Source: Octopus bimaculoides | Lineage: Eukaryota | Assembly (NCBI RefSeq): GCF_001194135.2 | Contig: NC_068984.1 | Span: forward strand, 81,721,765 to 81,756,858 | Reading direction: 5' to 3' | Length of the DNA: 35,094 bases | In this document: in pieces, positions 1 through 11,139 of the stretch | How the letters are laid out: each line of letters starts with the position of its first letter | Position numbering within the stretch: the first letter of the stretch is position 1 | Position numbers and translations under genes: made by a program | The notes under the pieces: generated by a model | Told to the model about the DNA's origin: nothing | Seen by the model: the letters and a program-made list of their open reading frames with translations, nothing else | Database searches by the model: none

Positions 1-338
1 GGGTTCCAGTTGATTCGATCAACTGAACAGCCTGCTCGTAAAATTAACGTGCAAGTGGCTGAGCACTCCACAGACACGTAGTTCTCGGGGATATTCAGCG
101 TGACACAGTGTGACAAGGCTGACCCTTTGAATTACAGGCACAACAGAAACAGGAAGTAAGAGTGAGAGAAAGTTGGGGTGAAAGAGTACAGCAGGGTCCG
201 CCACCATCCCCTGCCAGAGCCTCGTGGAGCTTTAGGTATTTTCGCTCAATAAACACTCACAACGTCCGGTCTGGGAATCGAAACCGCGATCCTATGACCG
301 CGAGTCCGCTGCCCTAACCACTGGGCCATTGCGCATCC
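1..338 (-). mobile_element. tRNA-derived SINE, family A (tRNA-Arg-like head), 3' end cut by window edge
   Basis: Reverse complement aligns along its length with 12325-12708. Head reads GG(A)TGCGCAATGGCCCAGTGGTTAGGGCAGCGGACTCGCGGTCATAGGATCGCGGTTTCGATTCCC, with an A-box, a TCG anticodon-like loop and a B-box-like GTTTCGATTCC. Confidence 0.9.
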
Positions 339-556
339 GCACCGACAATGTATATTGACATATACGTACTTAATAGAGTAGATACAAATTGCCCTTCCAA
401 TTATTCATTCATTCACGAGTAATTGATTGAAGCCACAATGTGACATTAAAGTCATACCAGAGTACACTCACTGCTCGTATTCCAATTCGACTACATATTC
501 CAGATTTAAACGTATGGAAGGTTCCGAATTAGGTGGAGAATAAATGATAACACAGA

Positions 557-667
557 TGGGTTTCACTTCACTACAACTGTTTCAAACGTTTTCTTTATTG
601 ATGATGTAACACTTTTGTTCATCCAATAAAGAACACCCCTGAAACAGCTGTAGTGAACCGCAACCCA
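557..667. repeat. Imperfect inverted repeat / long hairpin
   Basis: 567-584 TTCACTACAACTGTTTCA pairs with 640-657 (17/18). 591-600 TTCTTTATTG pairs perfectly with 624-633. Outer TGGGTT (557-562) pairs with AACCCA (662-667). Confidence 0.85.
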
Positions 668-690
668 CCAGTCTTAAGATTTACACACAG

Positions 691-744
<54 letters not shown>

Positions 745-754
745 GTATATGTAT

Positions 755-1138
755 AAAGTTGTTTGCAAACCACATAGGTCTGGATTCAAACCCACCGCGT
801 TGCACCTGGACAACTGTCTTCAACAATAGCTTTGGGCCGACCAAAGCCTTGTGAGTAGATTTGGTAGACGGAAACTGAAAGAAGCGCGCACGTATGTGTG
901 TATGTGTGTGTGTGTGTGTGTGTGTGTCTGTCTGTCTGTCTGTCTTTGTGTGTGTCTTTGTACCTGTATTTGTCCCCCATATTTTGATGAAGCGATTTGG
1001 CAAAAGAGTCCCATAGAATAAGTACCAGGCTTTTAAAAAAATAAGTACACGGCTCGATTCGTTCAACTAAAGTTTTTCAAGGCGGGGCCCCAGCATGGCC
1101 GCAGTCTAACGAATGACACAACTAAAAGGTAAAAGATA
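755..1138 (+). mobile_element. tRNA-derived SINE, family B (internal TG/TA microsatellite), 5'-degenerate
   Basis: Contains GGGCCGACCAAAGCCTTGTGAGTAGATTTGGTAGACGGAAACTGAAAGAAGC, then (TG)n, then ATAAGTACC...CCAGCATGGCCGCAGTC...AAAAG tail; same modules as 12756-13150. Confidence 0.88.
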
Positions 1139-1240
1139 ACAGATATTAATGCACAATATGCCAAATAATAAGAACAAAGTACATATTAGTTGGAGAGAGT
1201 ACGCTTTAGCAGTCTACTGAATCGAATCATTGGCATAAAT

Positions 1241-1340
1241 AGAATTTACTTTATAGACCCCTGAGATAGGAAACGTAAAGCTTACACCGGCGGGAATCGA
1301 ACTAAAATCATGGAAGTGCAGAACTAAATCCTGTAAAACA
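1241..1340 (-). mobile_element. Degenerate SINE family C fragment
   Basis: TTTATAGACCCCTGAGATAGGAAACGTAAAG...CGGCGGGAATCGAACT resembles 30718-30800. Confidence 0.5.
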
Positions 1341-1384
1341 TATATGCCATGCTGTTTTTCCCACTCCATTACGCATATAAATGC

Positions 1385-1419
<35 letters not shown>

Positions 1420-1724
1420 TGTGTGTGTATATTTGTATATGTGCGCGCATGTTTCTACGTGCATAGACATACGATGCCTATCTACAATTTCTTCAAATAT
1501 ATATTCGTGTTAAGCTTCGAAAAGGTTGTAGGTCGTTGTACTCTCTTTATTGTAATCTCTTTCATAGAAATACTCAGAGAGTAAAAAAATAGATCTCTGA
1601 AACAATAACTTTGCAAGGCTTCAGTTTGACGTAACCATGAGTAGAGGAATTCTTTACTTTGGTTTCTTTCCAATCAGATAGATAGATCGTAATAGGTGTG
1701 CATGCGATTGTATTTCTATTATTT

Positions 1725-1727
<3 letters not shown>

Positions 1728-1778
<51 letters not shown>
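1728..1778. repeat. (GT)n microsatellite
   Basis: Perfect dinucleotide run. Confidence 0.97.
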
Positions 1779-1779
<1 letters not shown>

Positions 1780-2260
1780 AAGCGCGCGTGCGCGTGCGCG
1801 TTGAAAATGTGAATTCTAAGATTAATATTGGAAGATATGAACGTTTCATAACAGATAGTAGGACGAAGTATGTCTGCTCATTTAATCGCTAAGAAAGAAA
1901 GAAAAAGAAACGTCTGCTAGAGATATTGGTTTTATATTTGCCAAACTCGCCCAGTCATTTGGTTTCAGGAACACTCAGGAATAATGGTGTTAGAAGTGAA
2001 AACTAGGGCAACAATTTGAGCACATGAATCACGGCCTAAGATCATAAGGAGACTAGTGTGTTGAAAGGAACTTGGGAGTTTCTACGTGATAGTTGGGTTT
2101 GCTAAAAATAGCTGCTTAATCTCTCCTCAAATTACGAATCTACCGTTTTAAAATAATGAAGTCCACGTTCCACTACATCGAGAGGAAAGATAAAGTAATC
2201 ACGGCTGCAACAACCTTCATTATATGGCTTCTCAAGCAAGATTGACTAGTGAGGGTTAGA

Positions 2261-2477
2261 TAATTCTTTCTAATTTTAGCACAAGGCTAGCAATTTTGAC
2301 GTGAGGGCGATTACATCAACCCCAGTACTTGACTGGTACTGTATTTTATCGGCTGCAAAAGGAGGAAAAGCAAAGTTGATCTCAGCAGGATTTTCGAACT
2401 AAGAACGTAAAGAGCAGAAAGGCATGCCGCTAAGCATTTTGATCGACGTGCAAATGATTCTCCCAGCTCTCCGCCTT
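2261..2477 (-). mobile_element. tRNA-derived SINE, family C
   Basis: Reverse complement begins AAGGCGGAGAGCTGGGAGAATCATTTGCACG and contains AGTACCAGTCAAGTACTGGGGTTGATGTAATCG; matches 13303-13517. Confidence 0.85.
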
Positions 2478-2487
2478 AGAGGGTCAA

Positions 2488-2710
2488 ATGATCCTTTCTA
2501 CATTAAGCACAACGCCTGGAATTTTAGGAGGAGGAGGGGCAAGTCGATTATATTGACTCCAATGATCAACTGGTAATTATTTCATGGAGTCCGAAAGGAT
2601 GAAAGGTAAAGTTGTCCTCAGCAGAATTTTAACTCAGAACGCAAAGACGGACGAAATATCGCTAAGCATTTTGTCCGGCATGTAAAAAATTCTATCACCT
2701 CACCTCTTTG
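2488..2710 (-). mobile_element. tRNA-derived SINE, family C (second tandem copy)
   Basis: CCGAAAGGATGAAAGGTAAAGTTGTCCTCAGCAGAATTTTAACTCAGAACGCAAAGACGGACGAAATATCGCTAAGCATTTTGTCCGG matches 2340-2450 and 30725-30820. Confidence 0.85.
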
Positions 2711-3164
2711 GAAGGTTAAATAATAAAGCAAAACTAGGCTTAACTCATTACTGCAGTCTAACGAAACATTTGTCATTGCTACCTGCAGTACTGTCTCTGC
2801 TTACAAAAGTGAATTATCGTACGGTACTGACTGAACAGTAAAAAAAAATTAAATCTTTTTGTCACGACGCTGTGTAGTGCAGGCAAACTGAGACAAGCAA
2901 TAAGCGTATTAGTTTATTTTTTGATACTCTATCCGGCTATCTGTTACTCCAGACCAAGACGCTACATGTCTATACGTGCTGCAAATTTTCCGTGTCTAAG
3001 TGCACCGTATTGCAATCGGAGTATTCTTTTGTTATCATTAGATGTATTCCATCTTACATAGTCCGGCTTGGCCCTACAGACTAATAAAATATAGAAAAGT
3101 GATGAAACTGTGCCTTTTTAATGAGGTTGTGAATTGCCAAATAATATACGATAAAATAAACACG

Positions 3165-3391
3165 TCTTCTATTTTTTGTTTGTCACTGGACTGTGGCCAT
3201 ACTGGAGCGCTACCTTCAGAATTTTAGTCGAGTTGATCGATCCCAGTACCTGTCTTTTTAAGTCTAGCACTTATTTTATCCGTCCCTTTTGCTGAACCGC
3301 TAGATTCCGGGGATGTAAGCAAACCAACACCAGTTGTTAAGCGGAGAAGGAGCAAACACAACACACATACAAACATGTGTATGCACATATA

Positions 3392-3437
<46 letters not shown>

Positions 3438-3583
3438 TCCTTTTACCAAATTCACTCACAAGACACTGATGGTCGGCTCGTGATTATATAGTACACTTGC
3501 AAAAGACGCTGCACAGTGGGACTGAACTAGAAACCACGTGGTTGCAGAGCAAGCTTCTTAACCACAGAACTATGCTTGCGCCT
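3165..3583 (-). mobile_element. SINE family B, near full length, internal (TG)n
   Basis: Reverse complement of the 12756-13150 modules: tail GACTGTGGCCATACTGGAGC, centre TTTGCTGAACCGCTAG, head CAGTGGGACTGAAC...AAGCTTCTTAACCACA. Confidence 0.88.
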
Positions 3584-3807
3584 ATGCGGACTGCAGAGAA
3601 ACTCAAATTGTGAACAGATCTCCAAATCTTAGGACAACAACTCCTTTTTGCCATGACACTTATATGCTAGTTTCTCTTAGTTTCTCTTAGTTTCTCATGA
3701 TCATATTTGTTTTCCAGTATAATCAGTCTGTCTCTATTTCTCCTTTACCACATTCTCACTTTCTGCAGTCGCTCCTAACTTCATTTCAAATACAATTACA
3801 AGAAAAA

Positions 3808-3900
3808 AATAGTATATTCTACAAATCTCATCGCACACATGTACTTCAGATAGAAAATACATCGGCCGAGCTTCAAATGAATTCAAGCGCCGCCTTGATC
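3808..3900 (+). pseudogene. GIY-YIG endonuclease fragment, probably from a Penelope-like element
   Basis: With one frameshift translates to SIFYK/ISSHTCTSDRKYIGRASNEFKRRLDQ, fitting the (V/I)Y-x(~12)-YIG-x(~6)-K-x-R pattern of PLE GIY-YIG domains. Short, so a chance match is possible. Confidence 0.5.
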
Positions 3901-4149
3901 AACTTGGGCCTAAAATTAAAGAAAAGAACTGATGCTGCTTCCACAAAATTAACACCACGTGACTTGAACTGACCAATGGAGGTTTAGCATCTAGAAGCCA
4001 GTTTGAATATATTGCATTACTCCTCTCTCGATATGTGATATATGTGATGAGATACGTCCGTCCTATATGTGCCCACGAAACTTTAAGTCATATGAAGCTG
4101 AGTCAAACTGTTATTAAAATATATGTAATACAATATTATGTAAATATGC

Positions 4150-4186
<37 letters not shown>

Positions 4187-4649
4187 NNNNNNNNNNNNNN
4201 NNNNNNNNNNNNNNNNNNNNNNNNNNNNNNNNNNNNNNNNNNNNNNNNNNNNNNNNNNNNNNNNNNNNNNNNNNNNNNNNNNNNNNNNNNNNNNNNNNNN
4301 NNNNNNNNNNNNNNNNNNNNNNNNNNNNNNNNNNNNNNNNNNNNNNNNNNNNNNNNNNNNNNNNNNNNNNNNNNNNNNNNNNNNNNNNNNNNNNNNNNNN
4401 NNNNNNNNNNNNNNNNNNNNNNNNNNNNNNNNNNNNNNNNNNNNNNNNNNNNNNNNNNNNNNNNNNNNNNNNNNNNNNNNNNNNNNNNNNNNNNNNNNNN
4501 NNNNNNNNNNNNNNNNNNNNNNNNNNNNNNNNNNNNNNNNNNNNNNNNNNNNNNNNNNNNNNNNNNNNNNNNNNNNNNNNNNNNNNNNNNNNNNNTGTAT
4601 GCTTATCTCTCTCTCTCTTTCCATATATATATATATACATATATACTTT

Positions 4650-5944
4650 AAATGGATGCGTGGCGTTCGATCATATAATAATATAAATAATATATAAATA
4701 TATGCATATATGCATATATACATACATATATGTACATACCTACATATATATGTATATATACATGCATATATGGATACAGAACATCAAAACAAAACGTAGA
4801 CAAAATGAGAAACGAAAACATAAAAAACAAAAACATAGAAAACGAACTTTTTTTCGAACAACGAAAGAAACAAGCAAACAGAGAAAAAAAAGTCAAGACG
4901 ATGTGAAGTGGTGGACGCTGGAAAAACGAGCTTTGAGAAGACACAGGTAAAAGCACGTCTTGTCTTTAGGAAGGAAGTGGAAGAAAGAAAGATGGCTAGC
5001 CTTTGAGAATCAAGGAGGAAAAGTGAGAGAGTGTGAGAGAGGGAACGGTGAAGGGGAGAGGTGAAGAATAGGGAAAGGATGGGAGAGAAAAGCAGAAAGG
5101 AAGATGAACAAGAGAGGGAGATAGATAGAAATAATAGAGATAGGATAGGAATGCGCATCGTAATTATTAAGATAAAACTTACTTGGAAATGGATGCGTGG
5201 CGTTCGATCATATAATAATATAAATAATATATAAATATATGCATATATACATACATATACGTACATACCTACATATATATGTATATATACATGCATATAT
5301 GGGTACAGGACTTTAAAAAGACATAGACAAAATGAGAAACGAGAACATAAAAACAAAAACATAGAAAACGAACTTTTTTTTGAACAACGAAAGAAACAAA
5401 CAGAGAAACGAGGTAACATAAAAAACATTCCCTTCATCAGTTGTCCCCTGTTTTGTGCTTTTACCTGTCTCTTCTCAAAGCTCGTTTTTCCAGCGTTCAC
5501 CACTTCACATCGTCTTGGTTTAACAACCCTCACCGTTTGTTTTTACAGTTTTGTTCTCACTGTTCTGTTTTTGTTACCACTTTAACCCTCCACAAAAAAT
5601 CCCAAATATTATTCAATTTGCTTTGCGGGAAGAACTGTTTTAACGTAATCCCGTCTTGTCCCTACCTTCGAAGCGCGGAGTAGATAAAACAGTGGGCAAC
5701 TAATGAAGGGAATTTTTTTTTTATGTTGCCTGTCTCGTTTCTCTGTTTGTTTGTTTCTTTCGTTGTTCGAAAAAATGTTTGTTTTCTATGTTTTTGTTTT
5801 TTTTATGTTCTCGTTTCTCATTTTGTCTACATTTTCTTTTTATGTCCTGTACCCATATATGCATGTAAATATACATATGTATGTAGGTATGTACGTATAT
5901 GTATGTATATATGCATGTATTTATATATTATTTATATTATATAT
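4650..5944. repeat. Complex direct and inverted repeat built from one ~730-nt unit
   Basis: 4650-4886 is a direct repeat of 5187-5408. 5686-5944 is an inverted copy of ~5210-5454. 4893-4956 is an inverted copy of 5455-5517. Confidence 0.9.
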
Positions 5945-6219
5945 ACATATACATACATGTATGTGTGTATGTATATTCGGCAATATGAACCTGGACCGTC
6001 CAGGTTTCTGTTACAAGCCTGGGAAACTTTAAGTATATCTATATATATATATATAAATATATATATANNNNNNNNNNNNNNNNNNNNNNNNNNNNNNNNN
6101 NTTTCTCAGGTTTAACGTGTAACATTGTTTTCGTTATCTACATTCCAAAGATGGAGCTTTTTATCTTTGTTAGAAACCAGCTCCTTCTTCAGAGGAAGAA
6201 TTTAAATGGTGAAATATAG

Positions 6220-6220
<1 letters not shown>

Positions 6221-6276
<56 letters not shown>

Positions 6277-6380
6277 ACACACACAGACACACACACACAC
6301 AAACACACATACACACTCGCACTCACACTCACACACACATACATACATACATAATACATACATACACATACACATACACA
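6221..6380. repeat. (CA)n compound microsatellite
   Basis: Direct reading. Confidence 0.95.
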
Positions 6381-8079
6381 CCTGTACAGAGGATCTTCAG
6401 TAAGTTATAGAGCACAAACAAGAAACAGACTATGAACATACTGGCATAATTCCAGTTCTGCAATATTGATTTCTATCGATGGAATGCTTAGAATCCGTCA
6501 TCCAGAAAGAAAACAGCAAAAAAAAACAAAAAAACAATACAAGAGGAAAGAGAGAGCGAGGTAGAGGGAAAAAGAAAGGCTGAAAGAAGAGAGAGAAAAA
6601 GAGAAAGAAGAAAAGAGAGAGGAAGAAAGGGGAAATGGCACTTGGTGACCTGATTATTGTGTACGATAACAAATCTTTTGACTCAAGCTGTTTAACTTGA
6701 AACTTCCGTTAGAAGACCAAATGTGCTAAAATATCAAAACAATCCAACCCGCTTCCCCACACATACACATATTAACGCACATAGATATATTCATATATTA
6801 TTCATATATATATATATATATATATATANNNNNNNNNNNNNNNNNNNNNNNNNNNNNNNNNNNNNNNNNNNNNNNNNNNNNNNNNNNNNNNNNNNNNNNN
6901 NNNNNNNNNNNNNNNNNNNNNNNNNNNNNNNNNNNNNNNNNNNNNNNNNNNNNNNNNNNNNNNNNNNNNNNNNNNNNNNNNNNNNNNNNNNNNNNNNNNN
7001 NNNNNNNNNNNNNNNNNNNNNNNNNNNNNNNNNNNNNNNNNNNNNNNNNNNNNNNNNNNNNNNNNNNNNNNNNNNNNNNNNNNNNNNNNNNNNNNNNNNN
7101 NNNNNNNNNNNNNNNNNNNNNNNNNNNNNNNNNNNNNNNNNNNNNNNNNNNNNNNNNNNNNNNNNNNNNNNNNNNNNNNNNNNNNNNNNNNNNNNNNNNN
7201 NNNNNNNNNNNNNNNNNNNNNNNNNNNNNNNNNNNNNNNNNNNNNNNNNNNNNNNNNNNNNNNNNNNNNNNNNNNNNNNNNNNNNNNNNNNNNNNNNNNN
7301 NNNNNNNNNNNNNNNNNNNNNNNNNNNNNNNNNNNNNNNNNNNNNNNNNNNNNNNNNNNNNNNNNNNNNNNNNNNNNNNNNNNNNNNNNNNNNNNNNNNN
7401 NNNNNNNNNNNNNNNNNNNNNNNNNNNNNNNNNNNNNNNNNNNNNNNNNNNNNNNNNNNNNNNNNNNNNNNNNNNNNNNNNNNNNNNNNNNNNNNNNNNN
7501 NNNNNNNNNNNNNNNNNNNNNNNNNNNNNNNNNNNNNNNNNNNNNNNNNNNNNNNNNNNNNNNNNNNNNNNNNNNNNNNNNNNNNNNNNNNNNNNNNNNN
7601 NNNNNNNNNNGATGATGATGAGGATTGATGATGATGAGGATTGATGATGGTGGTGGTGCGAATGATTTAAATATTAATAGTTGCTACTCCTGCTGATGAC
7701 GAACTTGAGGACTATTAAAAAAAAACCACTTTTTTTTTTTAATTTATAAATTTATTTATTTATTTATTATTTATTTCTTTGTCTTAAAATAGTCTTCGAT
7801 AAAATTGATGGAAAATATTTGATATTGATCAAAGAATAGGGTGTCAAATATATATGATGCTATCGATGTTTATGTAGCTGTGGAATAATGTGTAAGCGTA
7901 CACGCATTTGTGGGTAATTGGGAGTAGGCGTATGTTTGTGTCTGAGTTTGTGTGTGTATGTGTGTGTGTGTGTCTGAGGTTGTGTGTGTGTGTTTTGTTT
8001 TTGTGTGTGTGTGTTATGTTTCTGTGTATACCCACTCTATTTTCTGCTTCTGCTTCTGTTTCTATATACATTATATAAA

Positions 8080-8470
8080 TATAGTCTTTTACTCTTATTC
8101 CAATCATTGAACTGCTGCCATGCTGGAGTACCGCCTGAAAAGGTTTAGTCGAACAAATCGAGCTCAGTATATAATCTTGTTTTTTTTTTCAAGTTTGGTA
8201 CTTGTAGTATCCGTCTCTTTAAAAAAAATGCTGAGTTGTGAGAACGTAAACAAATCAACACCGGTTCTCAAACGATGGTGTACAAACACACAAACCTGCG
8301 CGCACGCATACTCTCATACATTCATGGAAAGCTAAACGGCGAGCTTCCACAGCTTCCGTCTACCAAATTCACTCACAAGGCATTCGTCAATTCGTGGCAA
8401 GACAAGAAAGACACTTGCCCAAGGTGCCACAGGAATGGACTAAACCCGTAACCACGTGATTGCGAAGCTA
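8080..8470 (-). mobile_element. SINE family B
   Basis: GCCATGCTGGAGTACCGCC tail; CTTCCGTCTACCAAATTCACTCACAAGGCATT; AGACACTTGCCCAAGGTGCCAC head side. Confidence 0.85.
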
Positions 8471-8525
8471 ATATACAGTCATAACTGCACCTATATAGAT
8501 ATCTATATATCTATCTATCTATCTA

Positions 8526-8566
<41 letters not shown>

Positions 8567-9255
8567 NNNNNNNNNNNNNNNNNNNNNNNNNNNNNNNNNN
8601 NNNNNNNNNNNNNNNNNNNNNNNNNNNNNNNNNNNNNNNNNNNNNNNNNNNNNNNNNNNNNNNNNNNNNNNNNNNNNNNNNNNNNNNNNNNNNNNNNNNN
8701 NNNNNNNNNNNNNNNNNNNNNNNNNNNNNNNNNNNNNNNNNNNNNNNNNNNNNNNNNNNNNNNNNNNNNNNNNNNNNNNNNNNNNNNNNNNNNNNNNNNN
8801 NNNNNNNNNNNNNNNNNNNNNNNNNNNNNNNNNNNNNNNNNNNNNNNNNNNNNNNNNNNNNNNNNNNNNNNNNNNNNNNNNNNNNNNNNNNNNNNNNNNN
8901 NNNNNNNNNNNNNNNNNNNNNNNNNNNNNNNNNNNNNNNNNNNNNNNNNNNNNNNNNNNNNNNNNNNNNNNNNNNNNNNNNNNNNNNNNNNNNNNNNNNN
9001 NNNNNNNNNNNNNNNGAGGAATTTCACACAACACGAGTAAAACAAGAAACAACCGAAAAATACTGCCACGGAATCAAACACACGAAAGTATATGTTTAAA
9101 AGCGTGGAAATATAAAGGGAAAAAACAACAAACGGAAAAGTGTGCAATGAACTGTAATACGCCAAAAGAGAAAATGTGGAGAGACTCGGATGTTTCAGGA
9201 GCTACTTAAAAAGAATTAAGAGTCAGGAGAATGAGAAGAAGTGTACGATACCAAA

Positions 9256-9342
9256 AAACCCTATAACTCATAACCATAACCCTAACCCTAACCCCAACCC
9301 TAACCCTAAAGCCCTAACCCTAACCCTAAACCCTAAACCCTT
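9256..9342 (+). repeat. Interstitial telomere-like (CCCTAA)n tract with variant units
   Basis: CCCTAACCCTAACCCCAACCCTAACCCTAAAGCCCTAACCCTAACCCTAAACCCTAAACCC; TTAGGG is the common metazoan and molluscan telomere unit. Confidence 0.9.
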
Positions 9343-9626
9343 ACTAGGGAATAATGATATAATTAAACAGGGAATAACACACTTGACACCGGCAAAAAAT
9401 TATTGTTTACAAAACAGCACTAACTGTATTCAGCTGAATAGACGTCAGTGATTGGTTGAAATTACAGAAATACGACAACTTTAACATGAAATAACTTGCG
9501 ATGTACAATTTTTTGTTAAGAAGGCTAAGACAAAAAGATGTTTTATATGACACATTCTACCAGTATCCCAAGTTTGAAAGTGTTTCATTAAGAAAACAAG
9601 TGTTGCCCGTCAAACCAAAAAGATCC

Positions 9627-10650
9627 GAATTATGTAATCGTGACCACACTAGATGGACAAGGAAGATAAACTGTCATTCTGTTTCTTTTTGAAAGCGAGA
9701 AGCAGGGGACTCGTATTGTGAAGTAATGTCACAAACTGAAAGATTAGAAACACTGTGCCAGTGAATTGAAGCAATATCCGACTGATGATGTAGTGTATTT
9801 TAGGTGAATATCATGTAAATATTTAGTGATACGATCCTCGGCTAGTTTCTTAATATATATGAAGATATAAAACTGACATTTAAGGCAGTAAATAGCGTAT
9901 TTTGTGAGGTGAAATGGTCAGTGATATGAAAGCGACGATAGTTGAGACCAAGAAGAGTAGTAGTTCTGGGTGTAAAGGCATGTAACACACCTGGTTTGGG
10001 AGCTGGAAAAAGATCCGAGTTGGGTGTTAAGAGGATTAGAAGAGCTGCGAACAAATAGGTCAAGCAAATTGCGGGTCTGTTTTGAGTAGGAAGGGATCGT
10101 TCATGGAATATGGAGTACGTGACAGTGTCTACGTGGAGTAGGCGGAAAATGCGTAAGATAGACCGTTGAAGAGACAAGATATGCGCGTAGAAGAGATGTA
10201 AGGGTAAACAGTCAAGGGTGTGCGTGCAGATATGCGATTAAATTTACGGATGTGAATACAGGTATTATTGACAATGGTCTGGGGGTAAGCTCGTCGATTG
10301 AATTGGAGAGCCATCAGCTTGAGAGGCAGCGAAAGTGTACGAATTGCGAGTAGGAGATGCAGGATTGAAGTGGTTGGAGTGGAAAGAGGTGAAGTCGAAT
10401 TAAGAGTAGGTATGGGAAGTCGGTTGATGTAATAAAGAATAGATGTGGAGAGGGAGAGGTTTGGACAATCAATGGTGATAGGGATGTCGAAGGAATTGAC
10501 AGAGGAGGGGAATATGGTGGAAATGAACATAAGGGTTGGCAGGAAGGAATCGATGAAGTTGATTAAGGTGGTCAGTTGAAGGTGGGTAAAAGAGCTGGTC
10601 TCGATGCAATTATCGATGTACCTACTAGACATATCAGGAGTGGAATCAAT
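9627..10650 (-). mobile_element. Decayed Penelope-like retroelement: RT C-terminal part, linker, GIY-YIG endonuclease
   Basis: Minus-strand translation across frameshifts gives SRYIDNC (YIDD-like), LINFIDSFLPTLMF, RRAYPQTIV, LQRSILRIFRLLHVDTVTYSIF, PNSDLFPAPKP, RFHITDHFT, then AIYCLKC..IYI..DRITKYLHDI. The order RT then GIY-YIG is diagnostic of PLEs. Multiple stops and frameshifts. Confidence 0.85.
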
Positions 10651-10842
10651 AAGTAACCAATGATTTAAGACTCAACATAACGTACAAGAAGGTTACATGG
10701 CCCATAAGGTCACATGGCCACACCGACGATCTGCTGGTAAAATTCTTCATAGAAAAAACAAATAAGGTAAGGACAAGCTCGGTAAAACAGAGGACAGTGT
10801 GATGGTCTAAAAACTCGAGAAGACTATCACCATGTGGTTTGA

Positions 10843-10844
<2 letters not shown>

Positions 10845-10913
<69 letters not shown>

Positions 10914-11067
10914 TATGTACACATTTGTGAGTCTGTCGTTTGTTTGCGTATGCCCATCTGAACTTATTTTCACTTATATATTAACCTACTCCTATTTTTT
11001 CTTTCTTTGTCTTTTCTTTTTTTTTATCTCCATGTCCATTCTCTACTCACCACTTTTCTCCTCCTTT

Positions 11068-11102
<35 letters not shown>
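10845..11102. repeat. (GT)n and (CT)n microsatellites
   Basis: (GT)n at ~10845-10910 and (CT)n at ~11073-11102. Confidence 0.93.
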
Positions 11103-11107
<5 letters not shown>

Positions 11108-11139
11108 TGTTAGTTACTGTCAGCAACTTCAGAATTTAC

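Noticed and set aside
4784-5533. 249-aa ORF that looks hydrophobic
   Set aside because: It lies in the rearranged repeat unit and repeats its own peptide; F/L/S bias comes from T/C-rich DNA.
9178-9235. Minus-strand AGCTCCT-GAAAC-ATCCGA-GTC-TCTCC resembling a hammerhead 3' half downstream of the PLE
   Set aside because: No CUGANGA core and no stem I or stem II partner upstream; it cannot fold as a hammerhead as written.
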